Source: a virus (lineage: Duplodnaviria > Caudoviricetes). Taken from it: a stretch of 62,086 nt of DNA. The DNA is taken from IMG/VR virus record IMGVR_UViG_3300042542_002528, positions 1 to 62,086 of that record. One strand, 5' to 3'. Below are positions 46,560 through 55,811 of this stretch, in pieces (positions within the stretch are counted from its first letter, which is position 1; the number at the start of each line of letters is the position of its first letter). Both the position numbers and the translations under genes were made by a program. Under the pieces are notes generated by a model that searched no databases, had not been told where the DNA came from, and saw only the letters and a program-made list of their open reading frames with translations.

Positions 46560-46793
46560 CTACCTAAAGGTCTGCCAGAGGTACATGCGTGCTGCTGCGT
46601 TCGCGCCGGCCGCGAGGTCGCTTATCTGCGAGACGGCGACTGTCACAGGGTCCGATCCGCTCGCGCCGTGCGTGGATGCGTGGCCCGCGACGTTGCCGGC
46701 GAGTTCCCAGGCGTAGCCGGACCATGTGTAAAGACGGCCGTTCTGCGTGCTGGTCTGGCCGACTGTCGGCGATGATGGGAAGGAGAGTGCCAT
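46560..46793 (-). CDS. Small fibre-associated protein (FPSSPTVGQ...YTW.G..W module)
   Basis: Common fibre N-terminal module plus HASTH motif shared with 44213-45052. Confidence 0.7.
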   Translation of the reverse strand: MALSFPSSPTVGQTSTQNGRLYTWSGYAWELAGNVAGHASTHGASGSDPVTVAVSQISDLAAGANAAARMYLWQTFR

Positions 46794-46796
46794 GCT

Positions 46797-48251
46797 TTAG
46801 AACGTGATGGTGCCGTTGCCTGTGAACTTGTAGTACCGAAACCCGCCAGTGACGTAGACGGTTGGCGATCCTGTTGTCGCAGATGCAGTGATGGAGTCGG
46901 CCACTCGGATGATGGCAATCCCGCTGCCGCCGGCTGCGCCGTTTGCCATGTTTCCACCGCCGCCGCCGCCGCCACCTGTGTTTGCTGTGCCCGCTGTGCC
47001 GGCGACGTTGTTGCCACCCGCGCCGCCGCCTCCGTTCCCGCCGTTGCTCGCGCCGTAGTTGTACGTGCCGGCGGCACCACCGCCTGCAATCCAGCGTGTG
47101 CCGGAGATGTCGACACCAGCGGAGGCGGCTGCGAGGAATGTGCTTTCGGAGCTTTTGCCGTTGCCGCCGGCCGCCGCAGCGCCGGAACCTCCAGCCGCGC
47201 CTGCGCCGCCACCGCCGCCGCCGTTGTACGGCTCCCCTCCGCTGTAGCCAGACCCACCAGCGTATCCTTGCCCGCTGGTCGCAGCGCCGCCAGCGCCAAC
47301 CGGGGTGTAGCCAGAGCCACCACCACCGCTGCCTCCTGTCCCGCCTGCTTGCGCGACTCCATACGACAGGCCGTACAAGCCTTCTGCGCCTCTACCTCCA
47401 CCGTCAGCCGTGAGCGTGCCCGTGGACAGAGGGAACGACGTTGCGCCGCCAGCGGTCGCAGCGGCACCGGAATGGATGCCTCCAGTGCCTCCAGAGCCAA
47501 CTACGACAGAGAGAGCGGAGCCAGAGAGGGCCGACCCGCTGCCGTATAGATACCCACCAGCACCACCACCAGCGCCGCGAGCAGAGCCACCGCCTCCTCC
47601 TCCGCCAACAAGCAGATACGTCACAGACACAGTATTCGTTGGCGTGACGCTAGCACTAGCAGACGAGTAGGCCGACGATCCAACAGCGTTTGTGGCGAGA
47701 ACCCTGAAGGTGTATGCCGTGCCGTTCGTCAGCGATGTGATGGTCGCCGAATTCGTTGTCGGGGCTGTCCCCCATGTTGTCCATGTGCTGCCGCTGTTGG
47801 TGCTGTACTGGACCGTGTAGGAAACGATTGGCGTCTGGGACGACACGCTCGGAGCGGTCCACGCCAGCGCCACTTGCTGATTGCCAGCGGTCCCGGAAAC
47901 GCCGGTCGGTGCCGCAGGCAGGAACAAGTCCCAACGGCTGTCGTACGACGAGACTGCGCCGACCTCCACCCACACGCTGTTCGTTGAATCCCAGCGATAT
48001 ACGCGAGCCGTATCCGTGGTGACGTAAAGCCGCCCGGCCGTGCCGGGGCTTGGCAGGCTCGCCGTTGTGGCGACCTCGTAGATTTCCGTGGCACCACCGC
48101 CGCCCGCACCGATTTCCACCATCGTCCCGGCGGTGTTCTTAATGTAGAACTTTCCGTTCGTCTTATCCCAGGCTGGCTCGCCTGTGACGAAGTCGCTCGC
48201 CGTAGGAGCAGCGGTGCCGCTCCGAATGATGATCTTGTTGGTGCGAGGCAT
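46797..48251 (-). CDS. Tail fibre with FN3 domain and glycine-rich C-terminal domain
   Basis: FN3 motif; YLLVGGGGGGG...GGSGIAIIR...YYKFTGNGTITF. Confidence 0.85.
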   Translation of the reverse strand: MPRTNKIIIRSGTAAPTASDFVTGEPAWDKTNGKFYIKNTAGTMVEIGAGGGGATEIYEVATTASLPSPGTAGRLYVTTDTARVYRWDSTNSVWVEVGAVSSYDSRWDLFLPAAPTGVSGTAGNQQVALAWTAPSVSSQTPIVSYTVQYSTNSGSTWTTWGTAPTTNSATITSLTNGTAYTFRVLATNAVGSSAYSSASASVTPTNTVSVTYLLVGGGGGGGSARGAGGGAGGYLYGSGSALSGSALSVVVGSGGTGGIHSGAAATAGGATSFPLSTGTLTADGGGRGAEGLYGLSYGVAQAGGTGGSGGGGSGYTPVGAGGAATSGQGYAGGSGYSGGEPYNGGGGGGAGAAGGSGAAAAGGNGKSSESTFLAAASAGVDISGTRWIAGGGAAGTYNYGASNGGNGGGGAGGNNVAGTAGTANTGGGGGGGGNMANGAAGGSGIAIIRVADSITASATTGSPTVYVTGGFRYYKFTGNGTITF

Positions 48252-49363
48252 TACGGGTAGGTGCCGCCGTCAATGTCTGAGCTGGGGGACAGGTAGTCGG
48301 TGCCCGCCGTCGCAGCGGTGAATGCGCTGGTGCCGTTGCCCTTAAGGACTCCCGTCAGCGTGGTGGCCCCGGTGCCGCCCTGCGACACAGCCACCGTGGT
48401 GAACCCGCTGCCCAGCGTGCCGGCAGTGAGCGTGCCCACAGAGGTGAGGCTAGAGCCGGTGACGCCAGACCCCAGAGAGCTGCCAGACAGCACAGTGGTG
48501 CCGTTGATCTCGTAGACCTTGCCTGTGAGCAGGTTGAAGTCTTGGTTGCTCGTCCACGCCGCGGTGGAAGACACCCAGTTCAGGGTCTTGTCGGTCGTCC
48601 CCTTGAGCGTGATGCCGCCGCCATCTGCGGTCGCATCGCTGGGCGAGGCCGTGTCGCCCAAGATGATGTTGATGTCATCGACGCTGACGGCCGTACTGTT
48701 GATCGTCGTTGTCGTACCATTGACCGTGAGGTTGCCGGAAATCGTTAGGTTGGACGAAATCGTCCCGCCGGTCAGGGCGAGGTACGTGGACGACGCTGAC
48801 GAGGTCGTCAGATACGTGGCCGAGATGTCGGGGATGTCGCCGGCCACAAGAGTACGGAAGGCGGGAGTGGCGTCTGCGCCCGTTGTCGGGCCTGCCAGCA
48901 CCTTGTTCGCATTCTGCGTGGCGAGCGTGCCCGTGAGCGTGCCGCTAGTGGTGACGGGCGACCCACTCACCGTGAAGATGTTGGGCAGAGCCAAGGCAAC
49001 GCTGGTGACGCTGCCGCTGCCGCCGCCCGCCCCGTAGTTCTGCGCCTTCACCCACGCCGTGGTGGCAACGGCCGTGCTGTCGTCGTTGGTCGCCGGAGTG
49101 GTTGCGGTGGCAGACGACCCAAGGATCACCGTGCCAGAGAACGTGGTGTTGCGGCTGATGGTCTGCGTCGTACCACCGGCCAGCGTGACAACGTACCCCG
49201 GGCCTGCGACCGCCTGGATGGTTGTGGCCGATCCGCCAGCCCCGCCAGTGCCCACGCCGATATAGAGGATGCCATTGCCTTCGCAATAGGCAGGCTCTGC
49301 GTTCGCCAGCGAGCTTGGGGCCGATGACCCCGTGGAGCGCTTCAGCCTGATTACGTTAGCCAT
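48251..49363 (-). CDS. Tail fibre protein
   Basis: IRLKRS...GE.AY N-terminus; GNLTVNGTTTTINS; IDGGTY C-terminus. Confidence 0.85.
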   Translation of the reverse strand: MANVIRLKRSTGSSAPSSLANAEPAYCEGNGILYIGVGTGGAGGSATTIQAVAGPGYVVTLAGGTTQTISRNTTFSGTVILGSSATATTPATNDDSTAVATTAWVKAQNYGAGGGSGSVTSVALALPNIFTVSGSPVTTSGTLTGTLATQNANKVLAGPTTGADATPAFRTLVAGDIPDISATYLTTSSASSTYLALTGGTISSNLTISGNLTVNGTTTTINSTAVSVDDINIILGDTASPSDATADGGGITLKGTTDKTLNWVSSTAAWTSNQDFNLLTGKVYEINGTTVLSGSSLGSGVTGSSLTSVGTLTAGTLGSGFTTVAVSQGGTGATTLTGVLKGNGTSAFTAATAGTDYLSPSSDIDGGTYP

Positions 49364-49652
49364 AGTTTCCCCCGTCTACCAAGTTCGTCTCGTTGTGATT
49401 GCGCCACTTGCCGTTGTAGTACCGCAGCACATCCCCAGTGGCGAGTGTGGTGAACTCAATGTCCGTTGCTTGAGCGAGCTGGACGCTCATGGTCTGCAGC
49501 AGGTAGGCAAGCGAGGTCCAGCGGGTCACGCCGTCGCCGGCCTTCAGGCCGTTGTTCGTTGTGTCCCAGCCCAGTTCGCCCGGGAGAAGTATCGGGTTCT
49601 TCGTCTGCCACTCGTTGCTGGACCCTCTGCGGATTTGTATCCGTTCGGCCAT
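49356..49652 (-). CDS. Major tropism determinant N-terminal/hyaluronidase-like domain protein
   Basis: IQIRRG...W...NPILLPGELGWDT...KAGDGVT.W.SL.Y. Confidence 0.85.
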   Translation of the reverse strand: MAERIQIRRGSSNEWQTKNPILLPGELGWDTTNNGLKAGDGVTRWTSLAYLLQTMSVQLAQATDIEFTTLATGDVLRYYNGKWRNHNETNLVDGGNYG

Positions 49653-50186
49653 CTACCTCCCCTTCGCGCGGTAGGCATGCTTGGCGATGATCTGCTCGCG
49701 AAGCTCCCCGACCTTGGCGCGCGGGTTGGCACGCTTGGCACGGGCGACTTCTTCGCGAACGATCTTCTCGTTGATGAGCTTGCGCTGCGGGGGAGCAGGG
49801 CCTGGGTCGTAGTTCACGCTTCCACTGACGGCACGGCGGCGCTTCTGGGCGACCTTCAGCACCTCGTCGTTGCCGGACACCCACGCTTCGGGGTCACGCC
49901 AGCCACGGTTGTCCGCAAGGCCGCCGACGTAGTACTTGCCAGAGATGTTGATGCCAGCGGCCTTTGCCTCGGCTGCTACGTACTTGGCCTGACGTTCTGG
50001 CATCGCGTCCAACTGCTGGTTGTTGTATCGCCCCTCCATGAATGCCCTGTCCGACCCCCTGGTGCCGGGAGGGCACTGGAGGGCGCACATGATGGCGAAC
50101 TGCTCCGTGGCGCCAGAGGCCAAGGAACGCTTGTAGGTGGCAATGGCTTCGTCGCCTGCCTGTCGGACTTCGTAGGGGATGGTCAT
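49653..50186 (-). CDS. Conserved hypothetical protein downstream of portal
   Basis: ATGA coupling to portal. Confidence 0.75.
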   Translation of the reverse strand: MTIPYEVRQAGDEAIATYKRSLASGATEQFAIMCALQCPPGTRGSDRAFMEGRYNNQQLDAMPERQAKYVAAEAKAAGINISGKYYVGGLADNRGWRDPEAWVSGNDEVLKVAQKRRRAVSGSVNYDPGPAPPQRKLINEKIVREEVARAKRANPRAKVGELREQIIAKHAYRAKGR

Positions 50187-52159
50187 TGAGGTGGTCCTGG
50201 GGGTGGGCCGGGTGGCGGGCCTGGGGGAGGAGGAGGCGGAACCATGTAGTCCGCCACATCCATCTGGTTAACTGTCCCCCAGGCACGCAGAAGCTGATTG
50301 AACAGCTCCGGCCTGCCAGCCTGCAGCAGGCCCTGCGCCACAGGCATGGTGATCTGCATGAGCGCGTTGAGGTTCTCGGACTTGGTGGCGAGGTTCGGCT
50401 TGCGGGCCGATCCAGCCTCCACGCGGTACGAGTACTCGCGGGCGATGGCCTCCGGGTTCTCGGCCTGAACGTGAAGCTCCCAAGCCCTCGCAGCCATGGG
50501 GCCAAGGAGCGGAACGACATCCTGCGGCGACACAAGCCAACGGGCGCAGAGCGCTTCCTTGCGAGCGACCTCAGAGAGAGCGTCCTCCAAGATGTTTGCA
50601 TAGTCGTCAGGCCGGATCGAAATCTGATCCGACTTCACCTGCGCCTCTGCCGCACTTCTCATGGAACTGCGGGTCATGCCGTAGATGAGTTCGGTCAAAC
50701 CGACGCGGCGGTCGAAAAGCTGCGTGACCTCGGCGATGATCTGGTACATGTCGGACGTTACGCCCGGCATCTGGAAGACAGAGATGACATCGTTCACCGA
50801 CCGGCCGATGGCCTCGCTGATCTCAATGATCTTTAGGCCGCCCTCGTCCTTCTCCAGAATCTTGGACTTCAGGTCTGGGTCCGCGGCCTTCGCCACGCCA
50901 ATGAGCGTCTGGGACGCAGTGGCAATGCGAGTCGCCAGGAACGACATCGCCCAGTTGATGAATCTCAATTCTCCGATACCGGGCCGGATGATTGAGATAG
51001 GCCATGAGTAGCCGGGCTTCCCGTGCCACGCCAAGAGCGTAAAAGGCCATCCGCTGTTCGGCTCAGCCCAAAACGGGATCGGCCACTGCACGGCCATGAA
51101 TAGGTTCTGCGGCACGCCCGTCTCGTCCACTTCCTCCTGCAGCATGGCCGGCGGGACGTTGAGCGGGTACTCAATTCCCTCTGCGATGGCGATGTAGCAG
51201 TTCGGCCCGCAGGCATCGAACTTGCCGCGGAGGTCTTCCTTGGCGTCCTTGAGCCGATCACCGAAGCCGGTCTTGGAATAGATTTCCCAGTAGACGACGA
51301 GGTCGTTGGTCTGCCCCATCTTCTTCCGGTACTCGTAGCCACGCTCGCCCGCTTCGGTGCGAGACTCGTAGCTCTGCATGTGACCCTTCAGGTCTTCCCG
51401 GTCCAAGCCGAACTTGGCGGCTACCTCATCGATGGGCTGCGTCCGCCTCCGGGCCGCCCAGCGGATGTCTTCAAACTCGTCGGCATCCGGGTCCCAGACG
51501 ATATTGTCGATGGTGTCGTAGAAGCTGCCGGCCATCTTCACGGTCGACCCCGGCGGCGTGTACAGCTCATGCCACCACACGCCGCCGCCCTTGATGAACG
51601 CCTCTTCCACCACCTTGCGAGAGTGACGCTTCAGGTCCAGCTCGTTGCCCGTGTAGTTTAAGTAGTCCTCCAAGAGCTGGGAGACGACCTTGCGGCGCTC
51701 CATCATCATCTGCTGCTGCTGCATGCCCTGCTGGTACATCTGGATGCCGGGATCGGGAGCCATCACTGGCTGACCGTCCGGCCCCATGATCGGCCCGTTC
51801 GGCCCCATCATCGGCACCGGAGGCTGGGGCTGAATGCCGAGCAGCTCCGGGCCAATGATCGGATAGTCCTTGGGCGAGACAGTCCGAGCGGGGTTGCGGT
51901 GGTGGATGACCGCGGCGAAGAGACGAACGGCTTCCCAGACCCGGTTGACCTGCATGCGGAACGCAGGCGGGTTCATGCCCTTGTTGTAGCCCCGCTCTCC
52001 GCGGGCGTACTTGTCACGCCACATGAAGTCCGGGTCGCCGGCAAAGAACTGCATCGCCTCGTCCGCGTCAGCGGCGAAGGGGCGCTTGTGGGTCTGCGCC
52101 TGCTTGATGCAGTTCAGCCACCGGGTGACGATGGGCAGAAGGGGGCTGTCTTGGGGCAT
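50183..52159 (-). CDS. Portal protein
   Basis: 658 aa after terminase; DPDA..FED.RW, SAAEA motif, Pro-rich tail (P22/SU10-type). Confidence 0.85.
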   Translation of the reverse strand: MPQDSPLLPIVTRWLNCIKQAQTHKRPFAADADEAMQFFAGDPDFMWRDKYARGERGYNKGMNPPAFRMQVNRVWEAVRLFAAVIHHRNPARTVSPKDYPIIGPELLGIQPQPPVPMMGPNGPIMGPDGQPVMAPDPGIQMYQQGMQQQQMMMERRKVVSQLLEDYLNYTGNELDLKRHSRKVVEEAFIKGGGVWWHELYTPPGSTVKMAGSFYDTIDNIVWDPDADEFEDIRWAARRRTQPIDEVAAKFGLDREDLKGHMQSYESRTEAGERGYEYRKKMGQTNDLVVYWEIYSKTGFGDRLKDAKEDLRGKFDACGPNCYIAIAEGIEYPLNVPPAMLQEEVDETGVPQNLFMAVQWPIPFWAEPNSGWPFTLLAWHGKPGYSWPISIIRPGIGELRFINWAMSFLATRIATASQTLIGVAKAADPDLKSKILEKDEGGLKIIEISEAIGRSVNDVISVFQMPGVTSDMYQIIAEVTQLFDRRVGLTELIYGMTRSSMRSAAEAQVKSDQISIRPDDYANILEDALSEVARKEALCARWLVSPQDVVPLLGPMAARAWELHVQAENPEAIAREYSYRVEAGSARKPNLATKSENLNALMQITMPVAQGLLQAGRPELFNQLLRAWGTVNQMDVADYMVPPPPPPGPPPGPPPGPPQ

Positions 52160-52183
52160 CTGGTACTCCTATGTACTAGTGCC

Positions 52184-52510
52184 TCACTTGCCCTTCCTGC
52201 CCTCCAATTCGGCCAGTTTCCGCTCCAATAGCGAGACTTTCTCGGAGAGGATGGCGAGCTTGGGGTTGGCCGGCTTGTGATCCCAGTAGCCGTACTCCTT
52301 CCACGCCGGGAACTCCTCAACGCCCGGGTCGGTCAGGTGGTGGACGCTGGGCTTCTCCGTGCCGCCGTAGCCCGGGGCCACGGCCCAGAGGGTCAAGACA
52401 CGCTGGGACACGCCGGTCACCAGGGCCGGGACCGGGGCGGCGCCCTCATGTCGGTAGTACAGGACGAACTCGCCGAGTTCCGCGGACGGCATCTGGTAGG
52501 CTTCACTCAT
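52184..52510 (-). CDS. Hypothetical protein with C-terminal coiled coil
   Basis: ATGA coupling to terminase. Confidence 0.7.
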   Translation of the reverse strand: MSEAYQMPSAELGEFVLYYRHEGAAPVPALVTGVSQRVLTLWAVAPGYGGTEKPSVHHLTDPGVEEFPAWKEYGYWDHKPANPKLAILSEKVSLLERKLAELEGRKGK

Positions 52511-54195
52511 CGCTTCTGGTATCCCATCGGCCCAAGGACAACGCAGGACTCGTCTTGCAGCCCAAGCCGACGAGGCTTGTCTGCGAGCCACTTCACCCAC
52601 CAAGGCTCAGGGCCAAAGCTCTTGGGTGGCTGGTGGTACTTCGGCTCGTACGCGCACAGGTACTCCATACACTGCACGGCGTGAACGTCCCCCCGCGTCT
52701 GCGGCTCGTCGGTGACGAAGACCTGACCGTTGATGGTCTGGGTCTTCTTTCGATACCGCCGCATCTCCCTCACAAGATTTGGGCACCCGCCCTCCAGAAC
52801 CTTCAGCTTCGTTGTCCCGTCCCCACGGATGTGCAGCATCTGCCGGACGATGGACGTGCGGGCCGGGATGTCGTCCGACCCAGGCGTGAACGAGTGTGTG
52901 CTGACCTGCGAGCGGATGCCGCGCTTCTTCAGCTCCTCGCTGTATAGCTCATGCGGCAGGCGACCTGAACCCAAGTCGCGCAGCATGCCTCCGTGCATGT
53001 CCATGATGAAGTTGTAGAAGTGCTGCTCCCGCACCTTGTCCGCGAACTGCTCGCCAAATATCAGCGCGTTACACTGCCGGATGTACAGCTCATCATACAA
53101 CAAAAGGAACCGCTCGTCAGGTGGTACTGCGCCGAACACGCAGGCCATGACAGCATGCCCAGGGTCGATGGCGACGTAGCGCGTCCAGTCGGGGGGCACC
53201 TGCCCGCCCGGGAGTTCCGACCGGGAATGGATGTGAACCGACGAGTTGAAGGTCGGGTACATGAGCGTGGATTCGGTGGTGAACTCACCCTCCGCACGCA
53301 TCTTCAGCTCGTCCATGCCCAGAGCGGCCCACCGCTCTATGTTCTTCCGCTTCTCCTCCTCATCGATGTGCGCGTTGTCCAGAAACCTGAGCGTGAACTT
53401 GCGGATGATCGGGTTCTCGTTCCCGGACTCCACTTCCTTCTCGGCTCGCTCGCACAGCCCCAGCAGGGCGTCGTTCTTTGAGTGCGGCATGGCGGACCAC
53501 ACAAAGCGACCCTTGCGATCCGCGAGGCGGGCCTGCATCTCCCCCACCCATCGCTCGTTATTAATATCCTCGTCAATGTGGACGAGGTCGGCCTGGAAGC
53601 CCTGCGGCGGGTCACCCTCAGACGAGAAGAAGTTAATCACCCAGCCGTTGACCAGCGTCACCTTCTGGCAGTACTGAGCGCTCTTCAATACCCAGGACAC
53701 CTCTTTGACGAACCGCGGTGGGATCAGAGGCGGCGCGGGCTTGGCGTCCTTCCGCCTAGCGCCGTCCTTGGTCGGGTCAAACGACCGCCACTCATTGGTG
53801 TTCTCGTCCCGGATGATCCGAAACGCTCCCGCCCGAAAGAGCATCGGGTAGGCCACTAGGCCGATGTGGGGCCAGTTCCTGCCGACGATTACCAAGTTGC
53901 CGTCTGTCTTCGGGTACTTCTCGTACGGGTCGCACCCGGTGGCCGCGCGAGCGTCCTCTACGAACGTGGCGAGGGATTTGCCGCCGCGATTTCCGCCAAG
54001 GACGATGCGCTCTGAGACTAGCGACTGGTGGAACTCCTCTTGCAATGGCATCGGCCGATAGAGGCGCAGGGACTCTAGGCGGCGCTCTGCCAGCTCAGCC
54101 TGCACCGCTCGCAACTGCTCAACGGCATGTTGCGACGGCCCCAGCGGAATGTCTGGCTCAGGCGTCGGTACTTCGATCTTCGGATGCTTGCGCAT
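52507..54195 (-). CDS. terL: Terminase large subunit
   Basis: QEEFH, GGNRGGKS (Walker A), VHIDED (Walker B), AIDPG (RNase H nuclease). Confidence 0.93.
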   Translation of the reverse strand: MRKHPKIEVPTPEPDIPLGPSQHAVEQLRAVQAELAERRLESLRLYRPMPLQEEFHQSLVSERIVLGGNRGGKSLATFVEDARAATGCDPYEKYPKTDGNLVIVGRNWPHIGLVAYPMLFRAGAFRIIRDENTNEWRSFDPTKDGARRKDAKPAPPLIPPRFVKEVSWVLKSAQYCQKVTLVNGWVINFFSSEGDPPQGFQADLVHIDEDINNERWVGEMQARLADRKGRFVWSAMPHSKNDALLGLCERAEKEVESGNENPIIRKFTLRFLDNAHIDEEEKRKNIERWAALGMDELKMRAEGEFTTESTLMYPTFNSSVHIHSRSELPGGQVPPDWTRYVAIDPGHAVMACVFGAVPPDERFLLLYDELYIRQCNALIFGEQFADKVREQHFYNFIMDMHGGMLRDLGSGRLPHELYSEELKKRGIRSQVSTHSFTPGSDDIPARTSIVRQMLHIRGDGTTKLKVLEGGCPNLVREMRRYRKKTQTINGQVFVTDEPQTRGDVHAVQCMEYLCAYEPKYHQPPKSFGPEPWWVKWLADKPRRLGLQDESCVVLGPMGYQKR

Positions 54196-54391
54196 TCTTC
54201 TGCTTCGCGGTCATCTCGGTCCACTCGCCGCAGTTCCAGGTGGTGAACACCATGGGGAACCGATAGCCGGCGAGATACTTGTCATCCTTGTCCTTCTGCA
54301 TCTCGCCCATCTGCGGCGGGTAGCGGCGGCACTCCCCCCGATCCGGCATGTTCTGGTTCTGGATGAACCACCGGCACTTCTGGCAACGCAT
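54158..54391 (-). CDS. Small Cys4 protein (CQKC...CRRYPP...WNCGEW)
   Basis: Recurrent phage motif; overlaps both neighbours. Confidence 0.7.
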   Translation of the reverse strand: MRCQKCRWFIQNQNMPDRGECRRYPPQMGEMQKDKDDKYLAGYRFPMVFTTWNCGEWTEMTAKQKNAQASEDRSTDA

Positions 54392-54899
54392 TCTTCTGCT
54401 CCAGTGCGATCTTCTGTCCTTGGTAGGCCAGTGCCGCGGCGAGAACGTCCCGCCGGTACTGAGCCTCCAGCTCTTCCTCGGTCATCAGGTCTAGGGGTTT
54501 CTTCGATCCACCCATGGCGGTGTTGCTCACCACCAGCCGCAGGATGCTGTCCAACTGCTTTGTGCGAAACGCGCCGCCTGCCGGGGCGTCAAAGAACTGT
54601 TTGATGAACGCCCGGGAGAATCCCTCCACGCCGCCGAAATACTTCATCATCGTTTCCAGCAGCTCTGACGAGTGCGGGATGTGCGATCCGCCAATCCGGG
54701 CGGAGGCGATGAAGAGGTCTACGGCACCTTTCTCAATCTCGCCGAGCTTCTTGTGGCGAATCTTGTCCCGGCCCCGCTTCTCGCCGGCATTGCGGCACAC
54801 CCGGCACTTGGAGTGCCACCCGTCCTTGGAGCGGTGCCAGTATTCCTTCGTCAGCGGATAGTGCTTCAGGCACTTCGTACAGGCGCGCGTGTCAGCCAC
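54282..54899 (-). CDS. Putative terminase small subunit with N-terminal Zn finger
   Basis: CTKC...CRVC; C-terminal LDLMTEEELE motif; upstream of terL. Confidence 0.6.
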   Translation of the reverse strand: MADTRACTKCLKHYPLTKEYWHRSKDGWHSKCRVCRNAGEKRGRDKIRHKKLGEIEKGAVDLFIASARIGGSHIPHSSELLETMMKYFGGVEGFSRAFIKQFFDAPAGGAFRTKQLDSILRLVVSNTAMGGSKKPLDLMTEEELEAQYRRDVLAAALAYQGQKIALEQKNALPEVPVVHPEPEHAGSGGVPPLPAADGRDAEGQG

Positions 54900-55779
54900 T
54901 CTGCACCAACGGCTTGGGCGGAATGTGCTTCCAGTTGCCCCGGAAGTTCACCAGCTTCACGCCAGGGTCGAAGTCGGCGCGTGCGTACTGAACCAGCTTT
55001 TCGCTGATGTCCTTGGCCGCGATGATCTGCGGCTTGCCGACGCACTTGGGCTTCCAGTGACCGGCCCACGCATCCCAGTTGCAGTAGACCGGGTTGTAGC
55101 CCAAGAGCCTTGCCCCAGCGAGGGACAGGTCGCGGGTCATCGTCACATCCTCCGTGGAGGACTTGTGCGCCGCATAGCGGTCGGACCACTCGTAGTAGAA
55201 CCACGGCTTGTCAGACGCCGTCTTGGGTTCGGTGATCTCAAACGCCCGCATGTCGTACATAATCAGGCCGGTGGGAAGGGCCGCGCACTCTTGGATGCCG
55301 GCCAGCTTGGCCGCGGTGTTGCGGTCGTACATCTCAAGCTGGTAGTCGGGATTGGCGTGTTCGCTCTGGTGGTTCTGCCACCTGAAGACGTACACGCACT
55401 CCATCGGCGGCGGGCCGCAGTAGGGCGCGCCGATGACAACCGGCCCCTTGGCGTAATGGTCCACCAGGAAGTCGAAGGAGGTCTGGAAGAACGGCTTGGC
55501 ATCCGACTGCCCGGCGTACATGTCGGGCCTCATGTCCGAGTCCACCATCACCAGAACGTCGCACCCGTACTCGCGGGCCATAAGGACGGCCCGGTTGCGG
55601 GTCATGGTGATCGGCGTGTCAGACAGGTTCCAGATTTTGACGTTGGCGATGCGAGGGTCTTGGCGAACCTCTGACACCAACGGCGTCATCCATTCACGGA
55701 TGTCTGGGACCTCGGAGGAGATGCCTCCGTTGCCGCCGTATGAGAACGTGCAGATACCGACGTTGAACTTGGTTTCCAT
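54892..55779 (-). CDS. GT-A fold (family 2-like) glycosyltransferase
   Basis: RNRAV, VLVMVDSDM (DxD), TGLIM, PWF, TED, GHWK. Confidence 0.85.
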   Translation of the reverse strand: METKFNVGICTFSYGGNGGISSEVPDIREWMTPLVSEVRQDPRIANVKIWNLSDTPITMTRNRAVLMAREYGCDVLVMVDSDMRPDMYAGQSDAKPFFQTSFDFLVDHYAKGPVVIGAPYCGPPPMECVYVFRWQNHQSEHANPDYQLEMYDRNTAAKLAGIQECAALPTGLIMYDMRAFEITEPKTASDKPWFYYEWSDRYAAHKSSTEDVTMTRDLSLAGARLLGYNPVYCNWDAWAGHWKPKCVGKPQIIAAKDISEKLVQYARADFDPGVKLVNFRGNWKHIPPKPLVQSG

Positions 55780-55811
55780 CGCTACCTCTCGGGGGGAGAA
55801 GGTTCGGGGGG

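Noticed and set aside
49356-49652. Mtd-like gene suggesting a diversity-generating retroelement
   Set aside because: Only the N-terminal domain is present; no reverse transcriptase and no TR/VR pair differing at adenines was seen
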